Below the pieces are notes generated by a model that was not told the origin of the DNA, searched no databases, and worked only from the letters and a program-made list of their open reading frames with translations. Below, piece after piece: positions 55,701-64,000 of a DNA stretch of 64,000 bases; the stretch's first letter is position 1; every line of letters begins with the position of its first letter. Source of the DNA: Tubiluchus corallicola (taxonomy: Eukaryota > Animalia > Priapulida). The translations under genes were made by a program, and so were the position numbers. The stretch covers positions 1 to 64,000 of the forward strand of contig JAQGDQ010000153.1 of the NCBI GenBank assembly GCA_030141605.1, given 5' to 3'.

Positions 55701-58700
55701 CTTGTGCATTGTAGTGCAATCCGTTACCTCTTTTATCGAAATGTAGCTATTATTAATTTTTGGTGTGAAACAATGAAACGTAAGCTGTCTATATGTTCAA
55801 TTTGACACAAAAAGTAGTGACTACTTCAGTTGTTTAAAAGAATAACAGGAATTAAATCCCTTGTTGAACTTTTTTTCACAGTAGCAAAGGTGTATTTGGC
55901 AAGACTCAAATCCAAGCTGTAGTTAAAAATATTGGCATTAAAAATGTTGTCGTTTTATATATAGCGTATACATAGATGGTTGTTTGCTTTGCTGCTAAAT
56001 CTAGTTCAAACCGGCTTCTCTATATGTCACAAAACCCATTTTGGTGTTTTACTGGGTCGTATTTGAGAACAGTTGTTAATCTTGATGAGCTGTTAATTTA
56101 CTTAATGTTTAATTATTTATTGGGAGAGTTTAACTAAAAATCCCAGGTATCGTCAAAATACATATTTAAAAATGCCTTTAGTTGAGTTTTTTGTAATAAT
56201 TGCCACTACTTGCAGTTGGAAAGTGGAAGACGAATTCCTCCTCAGTGTGCACATTGGGTGATGGTCCAGTAACATCAATGTTACTCATCGATGATGCATT
56301 GTGGTGTGCCTGTGGTCGCAAGGTCTTTCTCTTTGATTTGGAAACGGAAGTTGTCAAGGTAAGCATACAGCATCGCAATTTAATTGGATTTACATATCAT
56401 GCTGCAGAATGATGTCTGAAATATACCATGATATCTGCAATTTTCTAGATTTGAGGCTGAGTTAATTCTTTTTCTTGTTGGAAATAGCAGTAGTGACAAG
56501 ACCTAGTTTCACTGACTTGGCATTGGTAAGATTTTGTCATAAACACATGTACCTGTGGCAATGTTTGTTTTTTTTTGCCAGAAAAGTGTGTAGCATTCAA
56601 AGAGTTGCTGAACGAGTGTTAGTCTCTTGAACCCCATAATAGTCAAAAACGACCCTAAAAAGAGGCTGGCTAGATTCTTAGTCATATGTAAACCCTGATA
56701 ACATGGAGTGCTGACCACTTAATTTTTTCATCTGAAGCTTTCTGGGTTCATATATACTTTATTTACCAAATAATCAACTAAGCCATCATACGCTTAGATT
56801 TGGTATCTTTACATCATAGGAACTTATTATTATCATCATGACCATCTTCATCATCATGAATATTATACGATTTTGCTGTATTTCCTAAACCTTCTAGTTA
56901 TTGTGTTAATGCTACTATTCCAACATTTTTCAGCAAAACTTTCGTATCCACAGTGAGAAGCAGTTTTCTGTAGGCATGCTGACTCGGACGGGAGTTGGTG
57001 TTTGGTGCAGTCTAAAAAACACTCCTCTTATCCGTCTTTTTCACTTAGAAACTTTCAAGCAGTTGCAAGAAGTAAATGTTTCTTCAGCCGTAGCTAGGAT
57101 ACTTGGAGGTATGGTTTAATATATGAAAGTTATCTTATTTTTTAAACTATAGATGTGAAATCATTTAACAAAATTACATAATTTTGCTCATTTTATTTTA
57201 TGGAAAAAGCAATCATTGCTTGGAGCCATGTGAATGTTTAGTTTTTAGTGAGCAACCTGGACAATAAAACTTTATTTTCAAATTCTAGGGCAATGTTTTT
57301 TAGATTTTTTATACATTTGTTATTGAGCAGCTTGCTGTAGGGTCACTTACTACATAAAACTTAATATTACCAATAATATAGACGAGTTTTTCTACTTAAT
57401 TGTACATAAGGTTGTGCAAAAATATGTGCCAGAGTTTTGCTCATTATCATGTTAACGATATTACACGAAGAAAATAATGGAATTACTTGAAAACCACCAC
57501 ATTGATGTTACAGACACCTGTGGAAAAACATCTACAATTTTAAGTTATTCACTTAGATTTGCCACTTGATGTGTCCATTATTTTCACTGAAAACTAGACG
57601 ATGGCATTTCTTTCAGCTACTGACGCAGTTTCTCACTTCTTAAAGGGATTCGGACATGCATGTCAACAATTTTTGCCTTAACTTCTTTTGTATCAAATAA
57701 CTCTGCTTGGCCGTCATACTCTTTCTCTTTAAAGGAATTCCATATCCTGTAATCCAGAGAATTAAGTCCCATAGCAAATCCTTATCAGTGCTTTATTCTC
57801 TGTGGTGAAGATCATGATTTAAATTGGTTGTTTCCTTTACTTGTTTTGCTACTATATTATTGAGTCATCACGTCAACACGGCTATTTCTCAGTTTATTGA
57901 TGAGTAGCTGACGTTGTTCCAGTTTATAAATTTTTACCATGCAAAACTTTTTCAACCATAATCTAAGAACTACTAAACTTATAAACTTGTCACTTTTACG
58001 GCTAAAAGCTAATGTAACTGCAATGCCGCTCTGTGAAATTTCTTCTTTGAAAGGCACTTGCTTCTAATATTATTGTACTTTAAACTTCTGCTCATTTTTT
58101 CTGTGCCACCTGATATATTTCCATAGTTGTAACTGTACTACTAATAGTTTTATGCAAATATGAAAATTCAACTTCTAGCAAAAACTTTATAATTTCAATA
58201 TTCTAAAATACCCAATATGTGTTTACTACCATTTCAAACCCATTGTCACCTTTTGGTAATTTTCTACTGCTTGTATTAATCGCTTCTTTACAAAATTATT
58301 AGATGTTTTCATATTGAATTTTTTAAGAGACTTAATTTGTAATATTAGTAACATGGCACTTTGAGTTTTCAGTCACTTAAACTGGCACTACTTTTCGTTT
58401 AGAGAGAGATCAGTCGAAGTCCAGGGTCAGCATCACTTCTCTTATAGCCAGTGCTGGGTATATCTGGGTTGGAACAAGTGTCGGAATTGTCGTCGTTTAC
58501 TCACTGCCCCGGTTAGAAGGCGTCCCGGTGATAAATTCAAAAGCTGTTGTGTCATTTCATGCACAGAAAGGTCCAGTGACTTTTCTTCTACATTGTGTGC
58601 CAACTGGTGCCAACATGCAGGCTCCAAGAAAAGCAAGTATTGTGTCTAGGGCATCTGTTTCTAATGGTACTGTTGTTAGTAATCACACGCCTATTGAAAA

Positions 58701-59523
58701 GTGTAAATCTCCACCACTCCCACCTCCAAATACCAGTCCTCCATTGCTCAGAACTGGACGTGGAGAATCTCAAGACGGACAAGGATCTGTGCATAAAATG
58801 CCTGATCCTGCAGAGCACGAGAAAAGTATAAGTTTAAATCGAAAGACATCAGGCAAAGACTCAGACTACAGTACCATGCGAGGTCAACCGCCAGAACTGG
58901 ATAATCCACCTGCTGATGTAGCTAACAATGTTGAGAGCATTCCGACAAAAAGTGCCTCTGATGTGGATGAAGGCCGTTTCTCACCACTTGTTCCGCCCCC
59001 ATCATCTCCTCCGCCGTTATATGAATCAACAAATTTTATCCCAGGCCATAATCCATATGGCTTGCCCAGAAATTATAAAGATATTGACCACGCAAAATTT
59101 GGGGATTCGGGAAATGAAGACTATGCTGCTGTGTACGATTATCCTCAAGAGCCATACCCAGATTATGATGAGGCAGTTCCAAAACGAAGCACTGCTGTCA
59201 GACGCATCACAAATCTATATGGTAGCCTGATGAATGTTTATCTTGATGACTTGGAACAAGATGCAGCCATTGATAATGATGAGCAATCCATGACGGCATC
59301 CACGACTATTAAGGAAAGAACATTTACTGGCAGCATTGACATCGATCCCGACTCCGTGCCTCCGAACATGTTAGCACTCGCAAACCATCATTTCAGTAAG
59401 CCACGAACAATGTTTATTGTGAGTGGTGGCAGTGGTTATTTTAACTGGCATCGACTTACTCAGAAAGATGTTTGTAATAGTGATGCTCATGTCATGATAT
59501 GGGAGACAAAACTGAATTTGTAG
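17317..59523 (+). CDS. ARHGEF10: Rho guanine nucleotide exchange factor 10-family protein (DH-PH-WD40-like), gene span, 26 coding exons, ~1927 aa
   Basis: All exons join in frame via GT-AG (5784 nt including stop). DH region [15 protein letters not shown]...[64 protein letters not shown] and C-terminal LPRLEGVP...SGGSGY...HVMIWE match ARHGEF10/10L as I recall the family. N-terminal exons are supported by phase only. Confidence 0.9.
19157..19303 (+). CDS. ARHGEF10: ARHGEF10-like exon (proline-rich)
   Basis: [12 protein letters not shown]...[19 protein letters not shown]; phase 1/1. Confidence 0.75.
20745..20985 (+). CDS. ARHGEF10: ARHGEF10-like exon
   Basis: [12 protein letters not shown]...APPLLPPR; phase 1/2. 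Confidence 0.8.
21850..23150 (+). CDS. ARHGEF10: ARHGEF10-like large disordered exon (1301 nt)
   Basis: Within the 480-aa ORF; ttccag acceptor, CAG|GTAATT donor; phase 2/1. Confidence 0.85.
23552..23713 (+). CDS. ARHGEF10: ARHGEF10-like exon
   Basis: [17 protein letters not shown]...PKLRL; G|GTAAGA; phase 1/1. Confidence 0.75.
25245..25349 (+). CDS. ARHGEF10: ARHGEF10-like exon
   Basis: [35 protein letters not shown]; phase 1/1. Confidence 0.75.
25464..25559 (+). CDS. ARHGEF10: ARHGEF10-like exon
   Basis: [32 protein letters not shown]; A|GTAAGG; phase 1/1. Confidence 0.72.
25927..26141 (+). CDS. ARHGEF10: ARHGEF10-like acidic exon
   Basis: SSDVFYDDF...[12 protein letters not shown]...HWSSDFDS...EKEARE; phase 1/0. 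Confidence 0.82.
28220..28334 (+). CDS. ARHGEF10: ARHGEF10-like exon preceding the 18.7-kb intron
   Basis: ctttag acceptor; [27 protein letters not shown]...TQDE; phase 0/1 links 26141 to 47056. Confidence 0.72.
28653..28755. repeat. Compound microsatellite (GA)n/(GAGACA)n
   Basis: Directly visible; explains the spurious [12 protein letters not shown] ORFs. Confidence 0.97.
29892..29897 (-). other. Candidate polyadenylation signal for the GPCR
   Basis: AATAAA on the minus strand ~120 nt past the stop; weak in AT-rich DNA. Confidence 0.3.
30016..30954 (-). CDS. Intronless class A (rhodopsin-like) GPCR, aminergic/TAAR/adenosine-like orphan, nested antisense in a GEF intron
   Basis: 312-aa ORF with N-terminal NxT sites, GNMLV (TM1), SLATSDL (TM2), ERY (TM3), CWMPF (TM6), NPVIY (TM7) and helix 8 FRKSFKRIL. 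Confidence 0.95.
   Translation of the reverse strand: MAMNQTNNVTYLLTVDSHEHPSLSTTRIILMTLSFGASSLCASFGNMLVLVAMYKHVELRTPTNAIIASLATSDLIVGVLVVPLFIAVNVPTHAGFPLLHVFLLFEAFMQNVGLGHVWLISAERYAFILHPLKYNRHVTKRTLIVLLTTLWIISYCDAMVKAGMDLKYDRDDQFTKTYLEIKNTFVFLLSCVFVLILNARIWYAAWKQAQRIHAVNQTEPITNSNNVLNMMKQLKATRTVGVIVLVFVVCWMPFIIYPLIQLSCKWSCDIREVFILTVWLSYINSVINPVIYAAFMSEFRKSFKRILLEIMC
32105..32559. mobile_element. 455-bp MITE, Tc1/mariner-superfamily type (CCGTA termini, TA TSD)
   Basis: 28-bp perfect TIR CCGTATTTTCCCGTGTATAAGAGACCCT; TA at 32103-4 and 32560-1; extra internal GGGTCTCTTATACA copies. Confidence 0.92.
35516..35852 (+). CDS. ARHGEF10: Candidate alternative first exon A of the ARHGEF10-like gene
   Basis: ACAATG start, 112 open codons ([10 protein letters not shown]...SLQEIFTWH), G|GTATGT phase-1 donor compatible with exon 47056. 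Confidence 0.6.
38448..38555. repeat. (CT)n-rich microsatellite
   Basis: Directly visible. Confidence 0.9.
41842..42076 (+). CDS. ARHGEF10: Candidate alternative first exon B of the ARHGEF10-like gene
   Basis: ACGATGG start, 78 codons (MEVGYADNW...PPPGYEYWY...LKSARH), G|GTAAGA phase-1 donor; raised GC/CpG. Confidence 0.65.
45187..45292 (+). CDS. ARHGEF10: Candidate alternative first exon C of the ARHGEF10-like gene
   Basis: AACATG start, 35 codons (MIIENDDK...[11 protein letters not shown]), CAG|GTAAGA phase-1 donor. Confidence 0.4.
46692..46880. mobile_element. Degenerate pogo/Tigger-like MITE
   Basis: TA-CAGT...ACTG-TA ends with imperfect ~27-bp TIRs ending in GCCACT. Confidence 0.5.
47056..47228 (+). 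CDS. ARHGEF10: ARHGEF10-like exon, start of DH domain
   Basis: DEELL...[42 protein letters not shown]; phase 1/0. Confidence 0.93.
48720..48899 (+). CDS. ARHGEF10: ARHGEF10-like DH exon
   Basis: DYEMPLIES...[33 protein letters not shown]. Confidence 0.95.
49477..49593 (+). CDS. ARHGEF10: ARHGEF10-like DH exon
   Basis: [21 protein letters not shown]...KPSFAEFIK. Confidence 0.95.
49978..50070 (+). CDS. ARHGEF10: ARHGEF10-like DH exon
   Basis: [31 protein letters not shown]. Confidence 0.95.
50351..50442. repeat. Perfect 46-bp tandem duplication (intronic)
   Basis: TAATCTAACTGTAAATTAATAGCTAGATATGTAATTTTTTTAAAGT x2. Confidence 0.92.
50596..50820 (+). CDS. ARHGEF10: ARHGEF10-like exon, DH end / PH start
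   Basis: [34 protein letters not shown]...[12 protein letters not shown]. Confidence 0.95.
51278..51363 (+). CDS. ARHGEF10: ARHGEF10-like PH exon
   Basis: [28 protein letters not shown]; phase 0/2. Confidence 0.9.
51826..51992 (+). CDS. ARHGEF10: ARHGEF10-like PH exon
   Basis: NQELG...[15 protein letters not shown]...; phase 2/1. Confidence 0.9.
52322..52443 (+). CDS. ARHGEF10: ARHGEF10-like exon
   Basis: DSTANST...[30 protein letters not shown]; phase 1/0. Confidence 0.9.
53129..53253 (+). CDS. ARHGEF10: ARHGEF10-like exon
   Basis: [26 protein letters not shown]...; phase 0/2. Confidence 0.88.
53799..53893 (+). CDS. ARHGEF10: ARHGEF10-like exon (PH C-terminal helix)
   Basis: [25 protein letters not shown]; phase 2/1. 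Confidence 0.9.
53984..54102 (+). CDS. ARHGEF10: ARHGEF10-like exon
   Basis: [12 protein letters not shown]...[11 protein letters not shown]...; phase 1/0. Confidence 0.88.
54453..54566 (+). CDS. ARHGEF10: ARHGEF10-like WD40-like exon
   Basis: VKCGTFCP...[20 protein letters not shown]; phase 0/0. Confidence 0.88.
55193..55314 (+). CDS. ARHGEF10: ARHGEF10-like WD40-like exon
   Basis: (Q)SHPLLLYSF...VLCIETVP...[10 protein letters not shown]; TAGCAG tandem acceptor; phase 0/2. Confidence 0.9.
55520..55680 (+). CDS. ARHGEF10: ARHGEF10-like WD40-like exon
   Basis: ISVYKV...[23 protein letters not shown]; phase 2/1. Confidence 0.9.
56216..56358 (+). CDS. ARHGEF10: ARHGEF10-like WD40-like exon
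   Basis: GKW...[25 protein letters not shown]; phase 1/0. Confidence 0.9.
56934..57108 (+). CDS. ARHGEF10: ARHGEF10-like WD40-like exon
   Basis: QNFRIH...GVGVWCSL...[17 protein letters not shown]; phase 0/1. Confidence 0.92.
57553..57770 (-). pseudogene. Tc1/mariner-superfamily transposase relic (C-terminus) in the last GEF intron
   Basis: Minus strand reads [15 protein letters not shown]...KAKI...[16 protein letters not shown], resembling SPDLNPLDY.IW..LK...W..RL..V....GGHIE; internal stop. Confidence 0.7.
58403..59523 (+). CDS. ARHGEF10: ARHGEF10-like terminal coding exon
   Basis: [30 protein letters not shown]...GPVTFL...[11 protein letters not shown]...[14 protein letters not shown]. 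Confidence 0.93.
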
Positions 59524-59750
59524 TATTATGTACCTTAGCAGAGAAGTTACATATATTAATTTTGACGTTATAAAAGAATTTTGTACTACCTTCTCACTAT
59601 CAATTATGCATACGTAAAATATGTATGTCTGGCTAGTGAAAATCTAATTTTTTTAAATGTATTTAGAATAATTATGTGTAAAGGATGAACCAATTTCATG
59701 TTGTTGGAAATGCAGAACATACAATTAACATATATGTTCAAGGTGGTACA

Positions 59751-60028
59751 TATGTAGTCGTCGACTTACAACTTAGTTAACTCAACTTGATTAACTCGTT
59801 ATACAAAATTAATTATGACTTATACTTCTATTTTTTAAACAAATTAACTTTAAATTGCTATCTGTTTCTATAAATTCACAATCTGTAGGTGCCACTATAT
59901 TTAGTATCTACAATATCTTATGTGTAGTAGGGCACACCACTTGTATATATGGGTCCAACTTGCGTCCAAGTCGTCTTATGACCAATCATCCAGAACCAAC
60001 TGTGGTGGTAAGTCGATGACTGCATGTA
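59751..60028. mobile_element. Degenerate MITE-like element 3' of the GEF stop
   Basis: TATGTAGTCGTCGACTTAC versus GTAAGTCGATGACTGCATGTA, imperfect inverted termini. Confidence 0.5.
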
Positions 60029-60090
60029 TAACATTTTACATATGACTGAGGCTACAAAAACAATGAGTAATAACATAGAACAATTTATTA

Positions 60091-60735
60091 CAGTAAGTCC
60101 TCACTTAACGACTCCCCATTTAGTGACGTTTCATTTTAATGAAGCTGAACGTTTGACACCTTTTTTCACTTAACGACGCACATTTCATATTAACAATGAT
60201 TTTTTTACTTTGCTGAAAGCTATTTTTTATTTTATCAACCACTTTTTCTACCTAATTTGATGCATTAAAAAACTTTACATATTGCATTATTCTGTTCTAA
60301 AAACACACTAGTAACTTAGTTCAATTAATATATACATTTTGCTTTCCAACTGACTAACTAATGAATACTAGCCTATAGCAACCAGACTAAGTGTCTAGAT
60401 AAAATTTCCAGTTGCCCAAAGGCTTTGACTCCGCAGTGTTTATTGTTTAATGACTGTCTAGGCTTAAACGTTAACAAAAGGGAAAGCACTAGTTAGGTAT
60501 TGGTAAGAAAGACATAATTATAGGTGGTTTCATACAAGCAGAAAGAAATTAATTAGTAGAAATATGAATAAAATGTTTAATTTATATGAATTAAGCAGCA
60601 TTGATTTTTACCTCTGGAGCGTATCTTAACTCTTTTACATTACTTTTTATGGAAGTCTTGGTTTCATTTAACGACGTATCTCTTAACGTCGCATTTTGCT
60701 GGAACGCATTAACGTCATTAAGCAAGGACTTGCTG
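60091..60735. mobile_element. 645-bp pogo/Tigger-like MITE with TA TSD
   Basis: TA|CAGTAAGTCCTCACTTAACGAC ... GTCATTAAGCAAGGACTTGCTG|TA; internal TTAACGAC repeats. Confidence 0.8.
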
Positions 60736-60959
60736 TACAAGAAAATGTAGCTGAGCAATGGGGTCTATCATAAACTCAGTCTCTAGTGAGAAGGTTTCAT
60801 ACACTACGGCGGGTCTTGCACAGTTTTTTGCCTGAAAAATTTTGGGATGAAATTTAGGATCAATTTTTGGTATTGAGCCGAATGGCATAGGAACTCTCTG
60901 AACTCGAAGCCCATAAAACACATTGGACTTATTCTGAAAGACAGAGTGGCCAGCTAAGC

Positions 60960-61093
60960 TGGTCCAAAAATATGCCGTTGATCGGCATGATGAGTAATCC
61001 GTGACGGCATGCACGACTAATAAGGATCGGCGACCATTTACTGGCTGCATTGATATCGATCCAGACTCTGTGCCTCTGAACATATTAGCATTC
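60960..61093 (+). pseudogene. Diverged local copy of part of the GEF last exon (source ~59250-59379)
   Basis: [29 protein letters not shown] versus [28 protein letters not shown]; CAA codon mutated to TAA. Confidence 0.85.
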
Positions 61094-64000
61094 CAGCAGA
61101 AAACGCTGCGGTATCGCCTTTCAGCAGAAAAACTTGTGAGGCATTTGCAAGAAGTATTGGAGAATCTCGAATTTTTGAGTTGCTCCAATCATATGCCTCA
61201 AGATTGTAGGCTTTGTATGATGCATGATGCTTACTAAATTTTGAGGCCATAACAGAGTCCATATGGTTCGATGTCATGCATTGTTCTCTACTGTTACTCA
61301 TTGTTTTTGTACCGCAGCAAAAGGTTATGTACTACCCTGCATAGAATGATTATGCACAAATGACTTTCATGCATTGTTATGGTGGCTTTAAATATCTGTG
61401 ATAATAATTATGCAATTTTAATGCTTAAGCAGTAGTGTATTATATCATTTTCTCGTTTGCAGTTGTTTTTTAAAATATGTATTATTAAATGGATACATGT
61501 GGGTATACATCAAAATAGCTAAAACTGTTTTTACTAAATCATTCTTTATTGTAAAACAACTGACTAATACTCGTTATAAATTCATATCAGTAACTATGTA
61601 TTGTTATGCATGTACAAATTTTAAAAAATTTCTTGTTGAAATTAGTGCTCCTTGCTTTTTTTAAAATTTTTGCAGTACTTGCTATTCAAAAAGGTTTAAG
61701 CCTCTGTAAAGTAACTGTAATTTGTAATTTGTGTTCATCTTATTATTTGATGAGACTAGTTTTGATCTAAGCACAAGTTACAATTCATTTCCAACTATGT
61801 AATATATTTAACAACTGCTATAGTGAAATAATGCTGTGCATGTCAAAGTGGCCGAGTTGCAAAACAATCCGTTAATTCTTTAAGCCTCTTTGGATGGCTG
61901 TGTGATGATGAAATTTGGTTATTATGGACATTTGTGATTAGCTACTTAAATTTTAATTAAATCTTTTCATTACAGTTAAATGGTAACCTTAGTAAGCTAT
62001 TGTTATTTAGGTAATAACTAATAATACCTTTTCTAACTTCGTTACATGAAACATTGTGTTTTGACATTGGTCAAATTTAATGTTCATCTGTGAAGTACAG
62101 CTAGAGCAGATTTTTGTAAATGAAAGTATTACCTTCACCGATCATGAATAAGATCATTTTCCTGCTTGTTAATCATTTAACACTTTATAATAACTTAGAA
62201 TAAAACGTGAAATGTTATACAATTTTACTTGACCATTGCGAGAGGTTTGTGTGGAAAATGTATGTAGTGAGGAATACCTAGATTTGTCAGCAAGTTCAGA
62301 CGAAGTTGCAGAAACAGCTATGAAGTCTGGGAGAAAATTCTAATTATATGTTGTTATGACAAATTCTCTTACTGCCTCATTTTTCTTCCTCCCTCATTCT
62401 ATTTTTCCTGCACATTTTGTCCTTCCACTTCTCTCTGTCTTCCTTTCTCCATCACCCATGTAATATTTTTAACTGGTTCAGGCGAAATATTTACCTGTTT
62501 TGTTGTAATTATATGGTAGTGCCAAAACGATGGTGTCAGCATTTGTCATTGTCTTGGAATCTTTAGTCTTTGTCTGTTTTATTAGCTTTGTTCCCACATA
62601 TATAGGCTTAATTCATGGTCCAGCATAATTCACTCCAGACCAAAAACAGTGTCCTAACTTTCTCAAAACGAAATGTCACCTAAAACCAGGCTACGGTACC
62701 ATTGATTGTTGGAATGTGTAGGAAAATGTATACAAAACTCCTTGGTCATATACGAACAAGCTAAATGTGTTAAAAGTTCCAGCACATTAACAAAAATGAA
62801 CTGAAGGCCAGCTACTATACCCTATGTGCATGAAAGACGATGGTACTACGGTCGCTTCACTCAATGTGGAAGATAAGCCAAGAAACACCATAAATGGGTG
62901 AACTGAAAAGTATTGTAAACCCAAGAGAATGTGAGAAAAGGATGAATAAAAACATCAAAATGGGAAAAGATACTTAAAAGAATAGCAATTCAAACAGACG
63001 AGCCTTCCCACCAGCAGGTGCTTGGTACACTGGGTGGAAAAAGTCGATAGTCCAAGTCAATGACACGGTATTTCAATATAATAATCGAGAAGTATCCTAA
63101 GAACATTCTGTATGGGTTAAAAAAGTTTATAGTTAACTAAGAAGTAATCTAAACAACTAGAACTAGAATATGAAATCTAACAACACACTTTTCAGCATTG
63201 ATATTAAATATAAAGACACTAGGTGACACTAAGTCCAGAAAATCGATAACACAAACGTGATGACCAACACTCTAGGTAAATTAGGCTGTCTATCAATTTT
63301 CAAAACATTAAGTGTTAAATGAGACAGTTACTTGTTGCTGCATACAGTGTAAAATATACTATTACACAACTATAGAAAACAAAATGATTGACCAGTCAAC
63401 TCCATATATCTTGAACACCACATTACACAAATCCACAACAACAGCATTTAAAACAATGCATTCTAATATGTTATACAAGGCACTTGGTCTAATTATGATG
63501 TTACCATTGTGTGATAATAGTTACGAAAACGTTTTATAACTGGATTGATGGTAAAAAACTTGGAACAGCAATGAAAATAATTTTAAAATCAATTTAATAA
63601 TTTTAATCATTCACAAATTATTGAATACGTAAGAGTCCAGGCAAATAAATGCAAAAAAATATTTTGGAAGCTTAAAACATTATAATAGAAAACTCTGACA
63701 AGTGACAGACAGCAAAAGCTACTAATGTACTACATAACCAAACATTGTCTATGAGAAAATTTCATTTCTATTTCTAAATGATGATATCTGCAAGTATTTA
63801 CAAAATGCATTTGTGAAACTTAATATATTAGCTATCTGATTCGGCTTGACTATCAGACTCTGTCTGCAGATTAGCCTTTTCTTCTAAATTTGCTTTGGCT
63901 TTCCTCAGTACTTTGTGAGTTTTTGATACTGAAAAAAAGAACAAGCATTGATAATTTTCACGTTGAGCAAATTATAACTTAAATATTACATTGGTCAAAA

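Noticed and set aside
60718-61188. 156-aa minus-strand ORF
   Set aside because: Partly antisense to the duplicated exon fragment and runs into a MITE end; no motifs.
62330-63060. Possible LINE remnants near the window end
   Set aside because: Only faint RTE-like hints; too degraded to call by eye.

Overview
AT-rich, intron-rich eukaryotic (most likely invertebrate animal) genomic DNA; no prokaryotic features, RNA genes or CRISPR arrays were seen. I reconstructed three protein-coding genes by hand from GT-AG splice sites and phase continuity. (1) A threonine synthase-like 2 gene (THNSL2) on the minus strand: six coding exons at 311-3587, with the 3' end outside the window. (2) A divergently oriented ARHGEF10-family Rho GEF on the plus strand: 26 coding exons at 17317-59523, about 1927 aa, with a long disordered N-terminus, DH, PH and WD40-like domains. 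(3) An intronless 312-aa class A GPCR nested antisense in the 18.7-kb GEF intron. That intron also holds three or four ATG-started ORFs ending in phase-1 donors that fit the first DH exon, suggesting an array of alternative first exons. Repeats include decayed RTE and CR1/L2 LINEs, a TGT...ACA MITE with a 5-bp TSD, several TA-flanked Tc1/mariner/pogo-type MITEs, a Tc1/mariner transposase relic, a hairpin, tandem repeats, and a diverged copy of part of the GEF last exon just downstream of the gene.
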